Below are positions 1 through 12,827 of a stretch of DNA of 64,000 nt, piece after piece. The notes under the pieces were generated by a model that was not told the origin of the DNA, ran no database searches, and was given only the letters and a program-made list of their open reading frames with translations. This DNA is from Octopus vulgaris (taxonomy: Eukaryota). Position numbers and translations under genes: made by a program. How positions within the stretch are numbered: the first letter of the stretch is position 1; each line of letters begins with the position of its first letter. The stretch lies in assembly GCA_951406725.2 (NCBI GenBank), contig OX597825.1, forward strand, positions 61,504,001 to 61,568,000, written 5' to 3'.

Positions 1-847
1 TCATAGAAAGCCTCATCTCACTACCAGGCATAAACCAAGTTGCCTTTCTTTTTCTTTTTTTTTATGTGATTAAAATCAACTTGTTTGGTGTCAGATGGTA
101 TTAAATGAGTATGGTGACAACCATGTGCAGATAATAGACAGATGCACCGTGCCTACCGTGAAATATGGCAGCAGAAGTGTTATACTTTGGGAATGCATGT
201 GTATGGCTGGTGTGGGAGGACTCACATTTATTGAGAGAACAATAGATTCAAGGCTTTATTGTAACATATTGCAGAAAGCAATGTTGAAAAGCATTAAGGA
301 ACTAGGAAGACATTCCATGTTCCAATATGATAATGACCCTAGACACACAATGACAGCTAAGTTTTTATCAGATAAAAAGGTAAAGTTATTACCTTGGCCT
401 ACCATGTCACCTGATTTAAACCCAAGAGAACATCTGTGGGGATTTTTGGAAAGGAAGGTTGAAGAGAAAAAAACCCTGCAATGTAACATAGTTGAAAGAC
501 ATCATTCAAGATGACTGGAGGTCGATTTCATCGGTTATATGTAGAAATTTTGTCGACTCTATGCCCAGAAGATGTAACGCAGTCATTGAAAGCAAAGGCA
601 GTCACACCAAATATTGAATATAGCAAATAATCCTTTAGGGTGTATTTATTTTTGTATCATTTGAAAATTAATATTTCCTTCATATCTTTGAAAATGTTTA
701 TTGTTTGGTGATTCAAATTTGTATAATGTTTGCATGTATAACATATTTTATTCATTATAAATTTCATTTGATTTCCTTTGATATTATCAGAGCAATGGCA
801 ATTTTAATGAAATTGTTTAGGGGTGTACATACTTCTGTGAGATACTA
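1..847 (+). mobile_element. Tc1-family (DD34E) transposon remnant: 3' part of transposase plus right IR/DR end
   Basis: ORF 95..514 has PTVKYG..SV..W, FQYDNDPRH and WPTMSPDLNPREHLW motifs. A frameshifted C-terminus runs to ~617. Tc1-type terminal repeat GGGTGTACATACTTCTGTGAGATACT at ~820-847 with an inner direct-repeat copy at ~637-658. Confidence 0.9.
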
Positions 848-1104
848 TGTGTATGTATGTATGTATGTATGTATGTATGTATGTATGTATGTGTACATGC
901 CTCTTTATGTGTGTGTCTTAGCATTTGTTTATATTTGTACTCTAGAAAGGTTCTAAGCAATGGGTAATTTAGTCGTTGCCACACTTTCAAAAAATCATCT
1001 ACTTACTTTACTATTTCAAGGTCACGTGATACTTTACTTGCCAAACAGGTAAGGGATAGCAACAAGAAGGGCATCCAACTGTAAAAAAATGTTTCGATAA
1101 TACA

Positions 1105-1668
1105 CTGGGTTGTCTGGAAAGTTTGTGCCAATTTTTAAAGGAAAGAAAAAGGTCAATAAATACTTGCCATTACATTTTTAATCAACCAAATATGAACCAT
1201 TTTGTTGCACAATGCGTCTCCATCTTTCCTTTAACTTGAAAATATCCTCTTCCCAGAATTGAAGTGGTTTCATCGCAAAGAATTCATCAAGGTATCTTTT
1301 TACGTCATCCAAGGAATTGAAATCTTTACCATTAAGATTATTCTGCAGAGACCTGAATAAGGGGAAATCCAAAGAAGCAATATCTGGTGAATATGGTGGG
1401 TGGGGTAACACATCCCATCCAAGCTGCAGCAATTTTTGTCTGGTTCCCAAAGCATCAAGTGACGAAAATGAACTTTCTTTTCTCCATTTTAAAGGGTTAC
1501 AGAATTAACACATGTTATAGGAACATAAACCTTCTTCCACGAAAAGATAGCTTAAACTGTACTCTAAATGGAGGTGTAGTCAAATTCTATTTTATGGACC
1601 CAACCATGTTCTAAAATAAGCTGAACGGTAAGCTACTATAAACGGCACAAACTTTCCGGACAACCCAA
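1105..1668 (-). mobile_element. Internally deleted mariner (DD34D) element, copy 1
   Basis: TIRs (T/C)TGGGTTGTC(C/T)GGAAAGTTTGTGCC at both ends, TA at right flank. ORF 1178..1450 encodes GWDVLPHPPYSPDIA.LDF.LFRSLQN; a short N-terminal stub KVHFRHLML is fused upstream. Confidence 0.93.
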
Positions 1669-4320
1669 TATTTTCCAAACTCATGCTAGCATGGAAAAAT
1701 GAATGTAAAAGTGAATGAACAAATGAAATTAGTCAGTCAAAGCTGAGAGTCAAATTGTAAGTTTAGATAAATTCTTCCCATTATGCAAGTTTCTAAAAAA
1801 ATAAAGAAAGAGAACGTTTATTGAATTTCTATGATTGGATTAAGAATGATTGATTGAGAGTTCTGAGATCTGAGGTGACTGCATGCTAAAAGATTTTATC
1901 GAAAGAACAAGAACTATTCAAGATTCATTATACATGATATTTCTTTTGCTTGTTTCAATCATTGGATAGCAGCCATGCAGACAACCAATCTACTTCTGTA
2001 CTTATTTTTCAGCCTGGTGCCTATTCTGTTGGTCTCTTTTGCTGAACTGCTAAGCTGCAGAGATATAAATAACATTAATAGAAAAACCTTCTTGTCAAGG
2101 GTTCCAGATGAGCCTATCTCACAGCATGAAACACAGATGAGAGCAGCAGCATCAAACTCCCTCGTTCACCAAATGCTGCATATCAGAGAAAGTTTCAAAT
2201 AATGATGGTGTAGCACAAGAAATGGTTGTGCCCCAACATGACTGCAGCTTTAAAGTTGAAACAACTTAAAGTGATAAAAGAGAAAATCAGCAGAAGATAT
2301 GAGGGAAAATGGACAGAAAAAAATATTGTAGTCTAAAGTACAGGGAGATCTTGAGAAAGTCATTGAAGGAAAGAGAGGTGCGGAAGGTGGAGGAGGAAAA
2401 AAATTTTAGGAGAGAAAAACAATCAAGACCTGAGGGGTAAGATGAAGATACTGGGAGATATCAGAGAGATAGGGGAAGGAGAAAGAGTAGTGTGTGAAGG
2501 CCAAGACATCTGAGATGGAACGAAGACAATGGTATGTAAGTAGGTTGGTAGGTAGGTAGGTAAGTAGGTAGGAAGATAGGTAAGTAGAGAGGGAGGTAGG
2601 TAGGTAGGTTTAGAGTTGGGGTAAAGCAACAAAGTTGCTGTTGTGATGAAGAAATAGGCTAGCTGGCATCCTAAATGTGTAAGAGTGAGCAATGAGATAA
2701 AGACAAGAAGTGTTGCTGGTAGCTAAATTACGTCCCTTTGCTGACAAAATGCCATCAGATGGCATGGAAGTTGACACCTATATATTCTGTTTTTGGGGGC
2801 ACTCTACCTCTCTTGCCATTTGGGACACTGAGGAGCACAAATTTCTGTTCTGCCTAAGGCACAAACCACATGTGGTTACAGTCTTTCTAATGATGCCTGC
2901 CTAGCCAACTTTTTATCACCATCGTTATAATGATGCCTACTTAATAAATATCAGACCACTGTCATTCTCCTGCTTTATCATAACAATTTGTTTAGCAACT
3001 AATCTTATCACCACAGCCTATGAGAAAATCAACTGTTATGTTACCAACCTTGCTGACACCTGTTATGAATTTGTTACAGTAAGTCCAAGCCATGAACTGA
3101 ATATGTTTTGTGACTAAAATCTCACACACAACACTGCACACATATTTCTGTTACCTTCACAATTTTTGTCTCATAACTAGTTAGCTCTTGCTTGTTATTC
3201 AAAAGGACCCTAGACATTTGGATACTGAATTTCTTACATCATGTAAAAGCTGTGTTTGTACTTTCTATTCTAAATAAATCTTATTTATTATGGTAAACAG
3301 TTTTCACTTTCTTATACACACACAACACACTAAAAGAGTAAGCCATGATAATATGTGCTGTGAGTGATCACGAGATGGGAGATCAGGAAAGAAAATGTCA
3401 GGTGATGAGATGGTTCTCTGGAATTATAATACCATTGTTGCTGATGCTGTCAATATTCTTAGCATTTGGATTTTATCATAATCATCTTAGCTGTGTTCGT
3501 ATCTGTTCATTTATGTTATAGCAATATTTCATTGTTTGTATAACTTTAGGTAAAATACCGAAGCAATAGAAATAATCATTTTAGATTTCTGTTTTATTAA
3601 AAATATTTATCAATATGATCTCTCTTGTTAAAATAATGTGTTTGATCTGAATTGCTGTTGTAATTACACTTCCTTTATCTAATTAATCTTAATGAGTCAG
3701 TGTGAATTGTTTTTTTTCAAAAAACATATTTTCAATCTATGTTTTCATCAGTAAGTCTGTCACCAGAAGATGGTGTTTAGTCACAAAGACTCTGTGAGGT
3801 TATACAGAATCTTCTTCCTATCTCATGGACAAGATTCTTTTAAGGAAGAACGAATAGAAAAAAAGAGAGACGTGGGGGAAGGGAGAGTGAGTGAAGCTAA
3901 TAATAAAGAAAAATTTCATTTTTCAAAGAAATTTATTGCTGTAACTACCTTTAGCACTGATGTTAGTCTCTTTGGCATTTTGCTATAAATCAAATCTTGG
4001 TTGTTTTGATGTTAACGTTCCTTCTGATTAAAACTTTGGTAAACTTCTACCAAATCTACCAAACAGATGTTATGAACTTTTTCATTAATATTTATATAGA
4101 AATTCTTTGATTTATGATTTATCCCTTCCATAAATACAGTTAGTGCTATTTTGGTGGAGCATTAATGGAGGAACAAAGATATCCATTCTCCCCATTCAAA
4201 GCCCAACTTATTCCAATCATTAATAGAAATATTGAATAAAAGGTCTTTTCAACAATAACTCTTTTATTCTCTTGCTCTGCTGATTAATCAACTTGAGTAT
4301 GGATATCCCAACACACACAT

Positions 4321-4354
4321 ATTATTATTATTATTATTTTTATTATTATTACTA

Positions 4355-4407
<53 letters not shown>

Positions 4408-4512
4408 GTTATTATTAACATCATCATCATCACCATTATCATCGTCATCATTCCCATCATCATCATTACTACCATCACCACCACCATCCATAATCATCAT
4501 CACTGTCATCAT
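4321..4512. repeat. (ATT)n/(ATC)n microsatellite
   Basis: Directly visible trinucleotide runs. Confidence 0.95.
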
Positions 4513-4832
4513 GAACAATTTACTGTTGTATGAGCAGGGAGACTCAGTGGTAAATATGCACCGATTCTTACCTAGCCCAATCAGCTGAACATGCCTTCTG
4601 CAACTACATTTGTACTTCCCTGATGGTAGCCTTTTATAGCTCAGTAAACTGGGTTATCATGAAATGTAATATCTTGCTCAAAAGTATGATATACTGCCTG
4701 CTCTGGGAATTGAAACCATGACCTTGCAATCAGGAGTCTAACATTCACCATTAGGTAAGCTTTATATCCAACTAAACATGAATGCCTTATTAGAACATTG
4801 AATATTGTATTATTAACCTTGGGAGGGTTTCT

Positions 4833-5150
4833 TATTTCTTTACTGCCCAGAATTTGAACTCAGAAGGTAGCGGCAGACGAAATACCTTTAAGCATTTCAC
4901 CCGGTGTGCTAACGTTTCTTATTTCTTTACTGCCCACAAGGGGCTACACAAAGGGGACAAACAAGGACAGACAAACGGATTAAGTCAATTATATCGACCC
5001 CAGTACGTAACTGGTACTTATTTAATCGAACCCGAAAGGATGAAAGACAAAGTCAACCTCAGTGGAATTTGAACTCAGAATGTAGCAGCTGACGAAATAC
5101 CACTAAGCATTTCACCCAGCATGCTAACGTTTCTGCCAGTTCACTGCCTT
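4833..5150 (-). mobile_element. tRNA-derived SINE family C (central CCTTTCATCCTTTCGGGGTCGAT domain), composite copy
   Basis: Head GGCAGAAACGTTAGC, B-box GAGTTCAAATTCC and tail GTAAAGAAATA. TSD CCTTGGGAG(G/A)GTTTCT at 4817-4832 and 5151-5166. Confidence 0.88.
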
Positions 5151-5242
5151 CCTTGGGAGAGTTTCTCATATGGGTGGTTGTGTGCACATAAATGCACACA
5201 TAGATCATTGTAGACAACATTCATCTGTCACACAAGCCAGAA

Positions 5243-5288
5243 TTCCCATAGCACATGCTTTTGGCCTTTTAGACTTCATCAGTGGAAA
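5243..5288 (-). ncRNA. Decayed type I hammerhead ribozyme motif
   Basis: Minus strand reads TTTCCA CTGATGA AGTCT AAA AGGCC (A)AAA GCA TG TGC TA TGGGAA. Stems I, II and III can form; G12 is replaced by A. Confidence 0.65.
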
Positions 5289-6015
5289 GCACCATCAGTC
5301 AACACATATTAGTCAAATTTCAGCCTTTTTAAGATGTTGATGTCACAAATAACCAGTAGGCTTATTAAAAATTAATTATTAGTGATGGAAGCTGTATTAA
5401 TACCAAAAGCTAATCTTTATATCCAACTAAGCTTGGCTGCCTTGTTTATATGTATATGCAGTTATATTTAACATGTCCCTGTACACTTGGATATAGAACG
5501 ACCTGCATTGTGGAAAATGTCTAGGGAGAAAAATGCTTCTTATAGACTATGTATGTTGAAACACAGAGAATAATGACACTGGATGATAGATTAGATGTGT
5601 TTCTGCATCATTATCCTTAGTCAGGTACAGACACCTAATCCATCTTTCGCAACCCATTAACAAACAGCCATTCTTATATCTAAAAAGCAAATAATACATT
5701 TGCTGATATGCACAAAGCTTGGTCAAGCTGGAATTTATAAACTAGATATGCATGAAGCAGTGATGATTGAATAGACATGGTTACAATTATATTTATCATG
5801 TTCATATTCACTTGGATATAGAAAGATCTTTGCTATAAAAACTTTTCTCAGGAGAAAAATTCTCCTTATAGGTAATGTGTGAAAACACATCACTGCACCA
5901 TAAATGATATCATCAGACTGCAGAATTCATGCGTTTCTATTTTGGTATGTTTCATTTTCTATGAACAATGAATCCATCGTCCATAGCCCGCAAAGAAACA
6001 ACCATTTTTATATTC

Positions 6016-6596
6016 TTTTCTAATCTAGGCACAAGGCCCGAAATTTTGAGGGATGGGGTTAGTCGATTAGATCAACCCCAGTACACAACTGGTACTTAAT
6101 TTATCGACCCCGAAAGGAGGAAAGGCTTAGTTGACCTTGGCAGAATTTGAACTCAGAATGTAAAGACAGATGAAATACCTATTTCTTTACTACCCACAAG
6201 GGGCTAAACACAGAGAGGCCAAACAAAGACAGACAAATGGATTAAGTCGATTATATCGACCCCAGTGCATAACTGGTACTTATTTAATCGACCACGAAAG
6301 GATGAAAGACAAAGTCGACCTTGGCAGAATTTGAACTCAGAACATAGTGGCAAATGAAATACCTATTTCTTTGCTACACACAAGGGGCTAAACACAGAGA
6401 GGACAAACAAGGACAGACAAATGGATTAAGTCGATTACATCGACCCCAGTGCGTAATTGGTACTTAATTTATCGACTCCGAAAGGATGAAAGGCAAAGTC
6501 AACCTTGGCAGAATTTGAACTCAGAACATAGTGGTAGATGAAATACTGCTAAGCATTTCGCCTGGCAAGCTAACGTTTCTGCCAGCTCGCCACCTT
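6016..6596 (-). mobile_element. SINE family C trimer (one head, three bodies)
   Basis: Three ~180-bp bodies head-to-tail, joined at GAAATA|GGTATTTC. TSD AACCATT(T/C)TTATATTC at 6000-6015 and 6597-6612. Confidence 0.9.
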
Positions 6597-6830
6597 AACC
6601 ATTCTTATATTCAAATAACAAATAGTGCTTTTGATGACATGAACAAAGCTTGCTCAAGCTGGAATAAATTAACTAGAGGCATGCAAAACAGTGTTGAGGC
6701 TTATATCTATTTGTTTATTTATTTGATGTCCCTTTTTCCAGTTCTTCCATGGGTGGACAATGTATTTGAGGAATAACTAATTAATCTTTTATTTAAAATT
6801 GGTCAAAGAAGCTTTGAAATTTATTTTATT

Positions 6831-7045
6831 CATCATCATCATCATCATCGTTTAGCGTCCGTTTTCCATGCTAGCATGGGTTGGACAGTTCTACTGGGGT
6901 CTGTGAAGCCAGAAGGCTTCATCAGGCCCAGTCAAATCTGGCAGTGTTTCTATGGCTGGATGCCCTTCCTAACGCCAACCACTCCATGAGTGTAGTGGGT
7001 GCTTTTTACGTGCCACCCGCACAGGTGCCAGACAGAGCTGGCATT
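6831..7045 (-). mobile_element. SINE-like family A with (ATG)n tail
   Basis: GTTAGGAAGGGCATCCAGC...CCAACCCATGCTAGCATGGAAAACGGACGCTAAACGATGATG. The family recurs at 8105-8435(+), 28872-29300(-), 30597-30843(-), 31117-31365(-), 33858-34064(-), 53650-53820(+) and 58043-58353(-). Confidence 0.88.
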
Positions 7046-8104
7046 CTATATAGAAATTTTTTGGGGTTTTGAAAATATTTGAGCACTGAAATAGCACAAT
7101 CTGTGAATTTCAACCCATAGCCTAAAAGACATCGAAAGATGTTGAACCACCAACGAGTATGTTTGTGACATCTTTAGCATCTCACCTCATGAATAGACGA
7201 TGATTTGGAAAGAGATAATATCTGTCCCAGTGCCTCAGCCTTGAAATAATTTATATTAATACTCTGTTTCAGAGATATCTCAAATTTTTTGAGGGAAACA
7301 TCACTATCTCCTTGTATGATGTATAATTCTATGGTGAGTATATGAATCTATTTTGATTATTCAGTGACTGATTTGTTCTTTCTTTACTTCTTTCCTTCAT
7401 TTTTTTATTTACTGTTGTAAATGAAATGAAATATGTTCCTTTACACTTTAGTTTGAGAATAAAAGAACTGCGCTAAATTTAGCCAAGAATTTAAATATTT
7501 TAGCTTGTTTTGTTTTCTCGTTCTCTTTCATTCTTTTCTTTCTCTTTTTTTCTTTCCTAAGAATGAACACCGAGTTTGTCTAAAAGAAGGTTTTTCAAAC
7601 AAAAATGGAGAATTTTGTAAATAGAGAGAAAAAAGTATTGCTTGTAATTTTTCATTTCTTTGATTTAGTCTCAATGGAAATTACTGACATTGAGAAAGTA
7701 TCTTCCTTTAAATTTTCATCAAAATAATTAGATTGCAAGCTGAAGGAACATTATTGCAGGTAGAGATCTAAATTATCTAAACCTAATCTTATGACGGAAC
7801 TCATGCATAATTATATTTATTTCCTCAATAATTACTTTATAAAGTTAACAGATGATCAAGTAAAGGGGTTTTTTTTTTTGTGTGTGTGAAGGGAGTATGG
7901 AATGAAAGAAATGGCATAAAATAAAATGAAATGAAATAAAACAAAATTTTATACTTTAAGATTTTTGTTTTATTTATTTTTTTTATTTTGCAGTTATTTA
8001 TTGGTTCAATGATTATTGGGTAACATAGAAATGGGGCTCAACTAGATACAGACCCAATTCAAAAACTAGCTGCACACCTGTGAATTATACCACATATTAT
8101 AGTT

Positions 8105-8435
8105 AAGATACCTGTGCCAGTGACACGTAAAAAGCACCATCCAAACATGGCAGATGCCAGCGCCACCTGACTGATATCCGTGTCGGTGACACGTAAAAGC
8201 ACCAACCAATCATGGCTGTTTGCCAGCCTCCTCTAGCCCCTGTGCCAGTGACACGTAAAAAAACACCCACTACATTCACGGAGTGATTGATGTTAGGAAG
8301 AGCATCAAGCTGTAGAAACACTGCCAGATCAGATTGGAGCCTGGTGCAGCCTCCTGGCCTCCCAGACCCCGGGTGAACCATCCAACCCATGCTAGCATGG
8401 AAAGCGGACGTTAAACGATGATGATGATGATGATA
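8105..8435 (+). mobile_element. SINE-like family A
   Basis: Same 3' end and (ATG)n tail; three internal GTG(A/G)CACGTAAAA modules. Confidence 0.88.
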
Positions 8436-8747
8436 GTATATTGTTTTTGAAAATGCTAGAATATTTAGCAAAGCTGAATGTCTTTGGAGCTTAAAAATCT
8501 ATAGTGCTTTCTCTTTAGAAACCAATTCTGTTATTAATTAAGGACTTTGAGAAAAAGCAGTTTATCCAGTGTAAAATCTCAAAAATATAACTGTTGCACA
8601 GTTGGATGGAATTTGTTGATATGACATAATTGTCTTTATATTCTTCGTGTGTTGTTGTTTTTTACCTGTTATGATGTCCTTTCACCTGAAAATATAAGCT
8701 AAGTACAGTTAAGGTGGTTACACATTAATGTTTTTGTATATATGTAC

Positions 8748-9150
8748 AGGCACAGGAGTGGCTGTGTGGTAAGTAGCTTGCTTACTAACCACATGGTTCT
8801 GGGTATAGTTCCACTGAAGTCTCTTCTACTATAGCCTCAGGCTGACCAAGGCCTTGTGAGTGGATTTTGGTAGAAAGAAACTGAAAGAAGCCTGTCGTAT
8901 ATATGTATATATATATATGTATGTATGTGTGTGTATATGTTTGTGTGTCTGTGTTTGTCCCCCCAACATCGCTTGACAACAGATGCTGGTGTGTTTATGT
9001 CCCTGTAACTTAGTGGTTTGGCAAAAGAGACTGACAGAATAAGTACTAGGCTACCAAAGAATAAGTCCTGGGGCCAATTTGCTCGACTAAAGGTGGTGCT
9101 CCAGCATGGCTGCAGTCAAATGACTGAAACAAGTAAAAGAATAAAAGAAT
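8748..9150 (+). mobile_element. tRNA-derived SINE family B (~400-450 bp, internal TA/TG microsatellite)
   Basis: Head GGAGTGGCTGTGTGGTAAGTAGC..GGTT; tail CAGTCAAATGACTGAAACAAGTAAAAGA. Other copies at 12180-12475(-), 12535-12990(-), 14790-15233(-), 41765-42250(+), 46845-47157(-) and 62945-63342(-), plus fragments. Confidence 0.9.
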
Positions 9151-9862
9151 GTACGTGATATCAATCCCTAGGCACTGACTTCATGATTAAATCATTAATA
9201 GATCAATAATAATAATAATAAATAAATCATTAATAAATACTATAAACATATTCTCACTCACTGCTTGAGATATTAAGCACCATTAAGCTCAAAAATTGAA
9301 GAAAAAATCTGGAAAAATTTACTGGATTAAAAAAATAAATATATATATGGTACAACAGAAAATTTCTTGATAGAAAATTCTTTCTAAAATGAAACTAAAC
9401 TTTATTTCAAGGACAGAAGAGAAAATCTATTAACTTTATAAAATAATTGTTGATGAATAAATAAAATACCGTACCACCTTTATCATACGATTAGCTTTTG
9501 TCAGCATAGATATATTTAGATCCCTGCATGTAATAATGTTCCTTCAGCTTGCAATCTAATTACTTTGATGAAAATCTGAAGGAATATAATTTCTCAATGT
9601 TGGTAATTTTCCACGAAACTAAATCAAAGAAATGAAAAAATTAATAGCAATATATCTTTCTTTTATGTAAGTCTGACATGATACAATGATTAAAAATATC
9701 TGCTATACATGTTTTCTTAGGACACAATAAACTTTTACTCAACACACACCATCCATTTGCATCTTTTGTTTATATTTGTGCATTCATCTCTCTCTCTCTG
9801 GTGTACTTCGTCTGAATGCAAGTGAGCTATCAATCCTTTATATAGTTCACTTGTATTTTTTA

Positions 9863-10254
9863 CTAGCCGTATGGCCCGGCGTTGCTTGGGTTTGTTTCAA
9901 CCCTTTAGAATTGAAATTTTTGAAAAGTAAACATTTTGCATTATGTACCTTGTTATTATCTTTAAGGAAACATTTTCTGGTTGAAATACACCGAAAAATG
10001 GCGACACAATAGTAAAAAAATCGTTAAAAAATAGTGATTTTCATAGAAAATAAGCACCTTTTTGATGTAAATAATTTTTGGTGTTAACATGGTCCGATTT
10101 GAATTTTTTCTTCTACAGAAGAAAGAAGAAGCCTTCTTCCATCATACTCTCAATTTTGGTGAACTTGTGCCACAGGGTCTCGGAGGAGATAGTGTTAGTT
10201 GAAGGCTACCAAACCTGCCATGCACAGACAACTTCAGCTTTATATAGAGAGAGA
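9863..10254 (-). mobile_element. Non-autonomous Helitron
   Basis: Minus strand: 5' TC(TC)nTATATAAAG start; 3' CCCAAGCAACGCCGGG hairpin followed by CTAG; inserted between A and T. Confidence 0.85.
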
Positions 10255-10649
10255 TTTATCATGAAGGTTAACATTAGAAAAAAATGAGGTAAACATGGCC
10301 TTGATCTAATTGATCGATCTCGTCTCAGCTCTGTTTAACTTCCACAGATCAAGTTCATTCAACCCACTCAATAAGATTCCTCTAGAAAGCTTACATAAGA
10401 CTCACATTAAATGTTTACTTTGATAGCTGGAATGACAGGGTCGCTGTTATAAACATGCACGTACACAAACATCAAACACTATCTGAACCCATTTCCAAGA
10501 GAAAAGCAGGAATTTAAACTAATAATAAAAGAATAACTCAATAACAAACATCAGCCTCTGGCTCACATACACTTATTCTTCTCTCTCTCTTTTTACCATT
10601 CCTACCATAGCCTTCTATACTCTCAAATAAATAACTACATATATCATCC

Positions 10650-11504
10650 CCATGCGTACCTACTGGTTTCTTGACTAGCCTTCCTGCTGATTCTGTAACA
10701 GTTTTTGATACACCAAATTAAGTAACTACATATATTTACTTTTATAGGTCCATTCAACTCATCTGTCTTTCCTCCTGCCACCTTCCTTATTCCGAATTTA
10801 GCTTCGGTTTGGTTTGATCCTCTCCTTAAACTGGATGGCATGTGCTAGGTGTTTCCTCTTGACATGCAACTTCAAAGTGGAGAGGCTTGCTGCTTGTCCC
10901 TGATGGCGTTCTCCTTGGGCTGGTACATTACGCACCAGAAGTACCAAATTTTGGCGTTCTTCTTTGGTGTAAAGACAGAGTTGTCCTCCAGGTGGGGCCA
11001 CGGATTCTGAGGCTTCTGGCTTTCAACCTGACTGGCCACTGCCTCACCCACAGCTATTGTAGACTCTTCAACCGGCCCTTCATCCTTAGGCCAAGCAAAA
11101 GCATCTTCACCTTCCATAATAATAACTTGATTAGCTGATAATGTACACTGCTATCGCCGACACTGTAAGACTGTCTGTAATGTGACAACATCGTAAGGGA
11201 ACACAACTCAAAACTGCAGAATTACACAATACCGCTCAGCTAAGTGTTGTATTGACCAATTATGTCTTGTCACATGTACACAGGGTCAGCTGATGGACTC
11301 TTTGAGGCATGGCCCCTACAGACAGAACAAATGTATGAATTTTGTTATCGGACTTAAAGTTGGTGGGACTAAATTAACTGGAAGCTAATTGGTTTGCCAA
11401 TGGTTTCCAAAGTTAGCAAAAAAGCTAATCTGCTAAGCAAAAAGTTAGCTTTGCTAAGAAGCTGTTAGCGGATTAATGGATTAGCAGAACCATGTCCACC
11501 ACTA
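10650..11504 (-). mobile_element. 5' part of a hAT-like DNA transposon with a decayed BED zinc-finger
   Basis: Joined frames give NPWPHL..VF....IWYFWCVMYQPK....ASLSTLKLHVKRKH (BED-like). Terminus TAGTGGTGGACATGG followed by clustered GCTAA subterminal repeats at 11380-11490. Left boundary approximate. Confidence 0.7.
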
Positions 11505-11531
11505 CATATACATGGACTCCCTCCCTCATTT

Positions 11532-11585
11532 TATCTATCTATCTATCTATCTATCTGTCTATCTATCTATCTATCTATCTATCTG

Positions 11586-11631
<46 letters not shown>

Positions 11632-11760
11632 CATCCATCCATCCATCCATCCATCCATCCATCCATCCATACATACATACATCCATCCATACATCCATCC
11701 ATCCATCCATCCATACATACATACATACATACATACATACATACATACATACATTCATTC
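11532..11760. repeat. Compound (ATCT)n(ATCC)n(ATAC)n tetranucleotide array
   Basis: Directly visible. Confidence 0.95.
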
Positions 11761-12534
11761 ATAAGGGTGGAGCGAAAAGGTACTTTTTACAAAGATTTTC
11801 AAAATATGTTTTCAAGAAATCCTTTAAAAACCACTGTGTTAAATTCTGAAGTTATAAAATTTACATCTTCAGGCTCTGCAGCCCACTTTGGATTTTGAAT
11901 ACTGAGCGAAAAATCAATTTATAACACGTTTGCCATTCCTCATGTCATTTTTTTACATTCACTGTTACGACCTAATTTTCTTTTGCAAAATTCTTCATAA
12001 GAAAATGTGTTAAAATTCTAAAATTTATATCTTTATGTTCTGCAACGGACTTATAAACTTGAAATTATGTGAAACAAACAAATTTCGTTTTCTTTATTAT
12101 TTTTAATACTAGGTCACCAAATATATGTGTTACATGGGGCCTAAATTACACAAACAAAAAGATTAAACCTGGGAATTTTTTATAGTACTTATTCTATCAG
12201 TCTCTTTTGCTGAACTGCTAAGTTATGGGGACGTAAACACACAAGCATCGGTTGTCAAGCGATGTTGGGGGACAAACACAGACACAAACACACACATATA
12301 TATATGTATATACGACAAGTTTATTTCAGTTTCCATCTACCAAATCCACTCACAAGGCTTTGGTCAGCCTGAGGCTATAGTTAAAGACACTTGCCCAAGA
12401 TGTCATGCAGTGGGACTGAACCCGGGACCATGTGGTTCATAAGCAAGCTACTTACCACACAGCCACTCCTACGCCTATGCTGGTTAAAATTTGTATAGAA
12501 TATCTGTAGAGATAACCTTAACAAGTGATATATA

Positions 12535-12761
12535 TACTCTTTTACTCTTTTACTTGTTTCAGCCATTTGACTGCGGCCATGCTGGAGCACCGCCTTTAGT
12601 TGAGCAAGTCGACCCCGGGACTTATTCTTTGTAAGCCCAGTACTTATTCTATCGGTTCTTTGACCGAACCGCTAAGTGACAGACGTAAACACACCAGCAT
12701 CAGTTGTCAAGCAATGCTAGGGGGACAAACACAGACACACAAACACATACACACACACACT

Positions 12762-12827
<66 letters not shown>

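Noticed and set aside
3720-3755. Minus-strand CTGATGA...GAAA
   Set aside because: Stems I-III do not form; likely chance in AT-rich DNA. The same applies to CTGATGA at 26902, 50089 and 53828, which lack a suitably placed GAAA.
6016-6596. Regularly spaced repeats resembling a CRISPR array
   Set aside because: Units are whole ~180-bp SINE bodies with no unique spacers; eukaryotic context and no cas genes.
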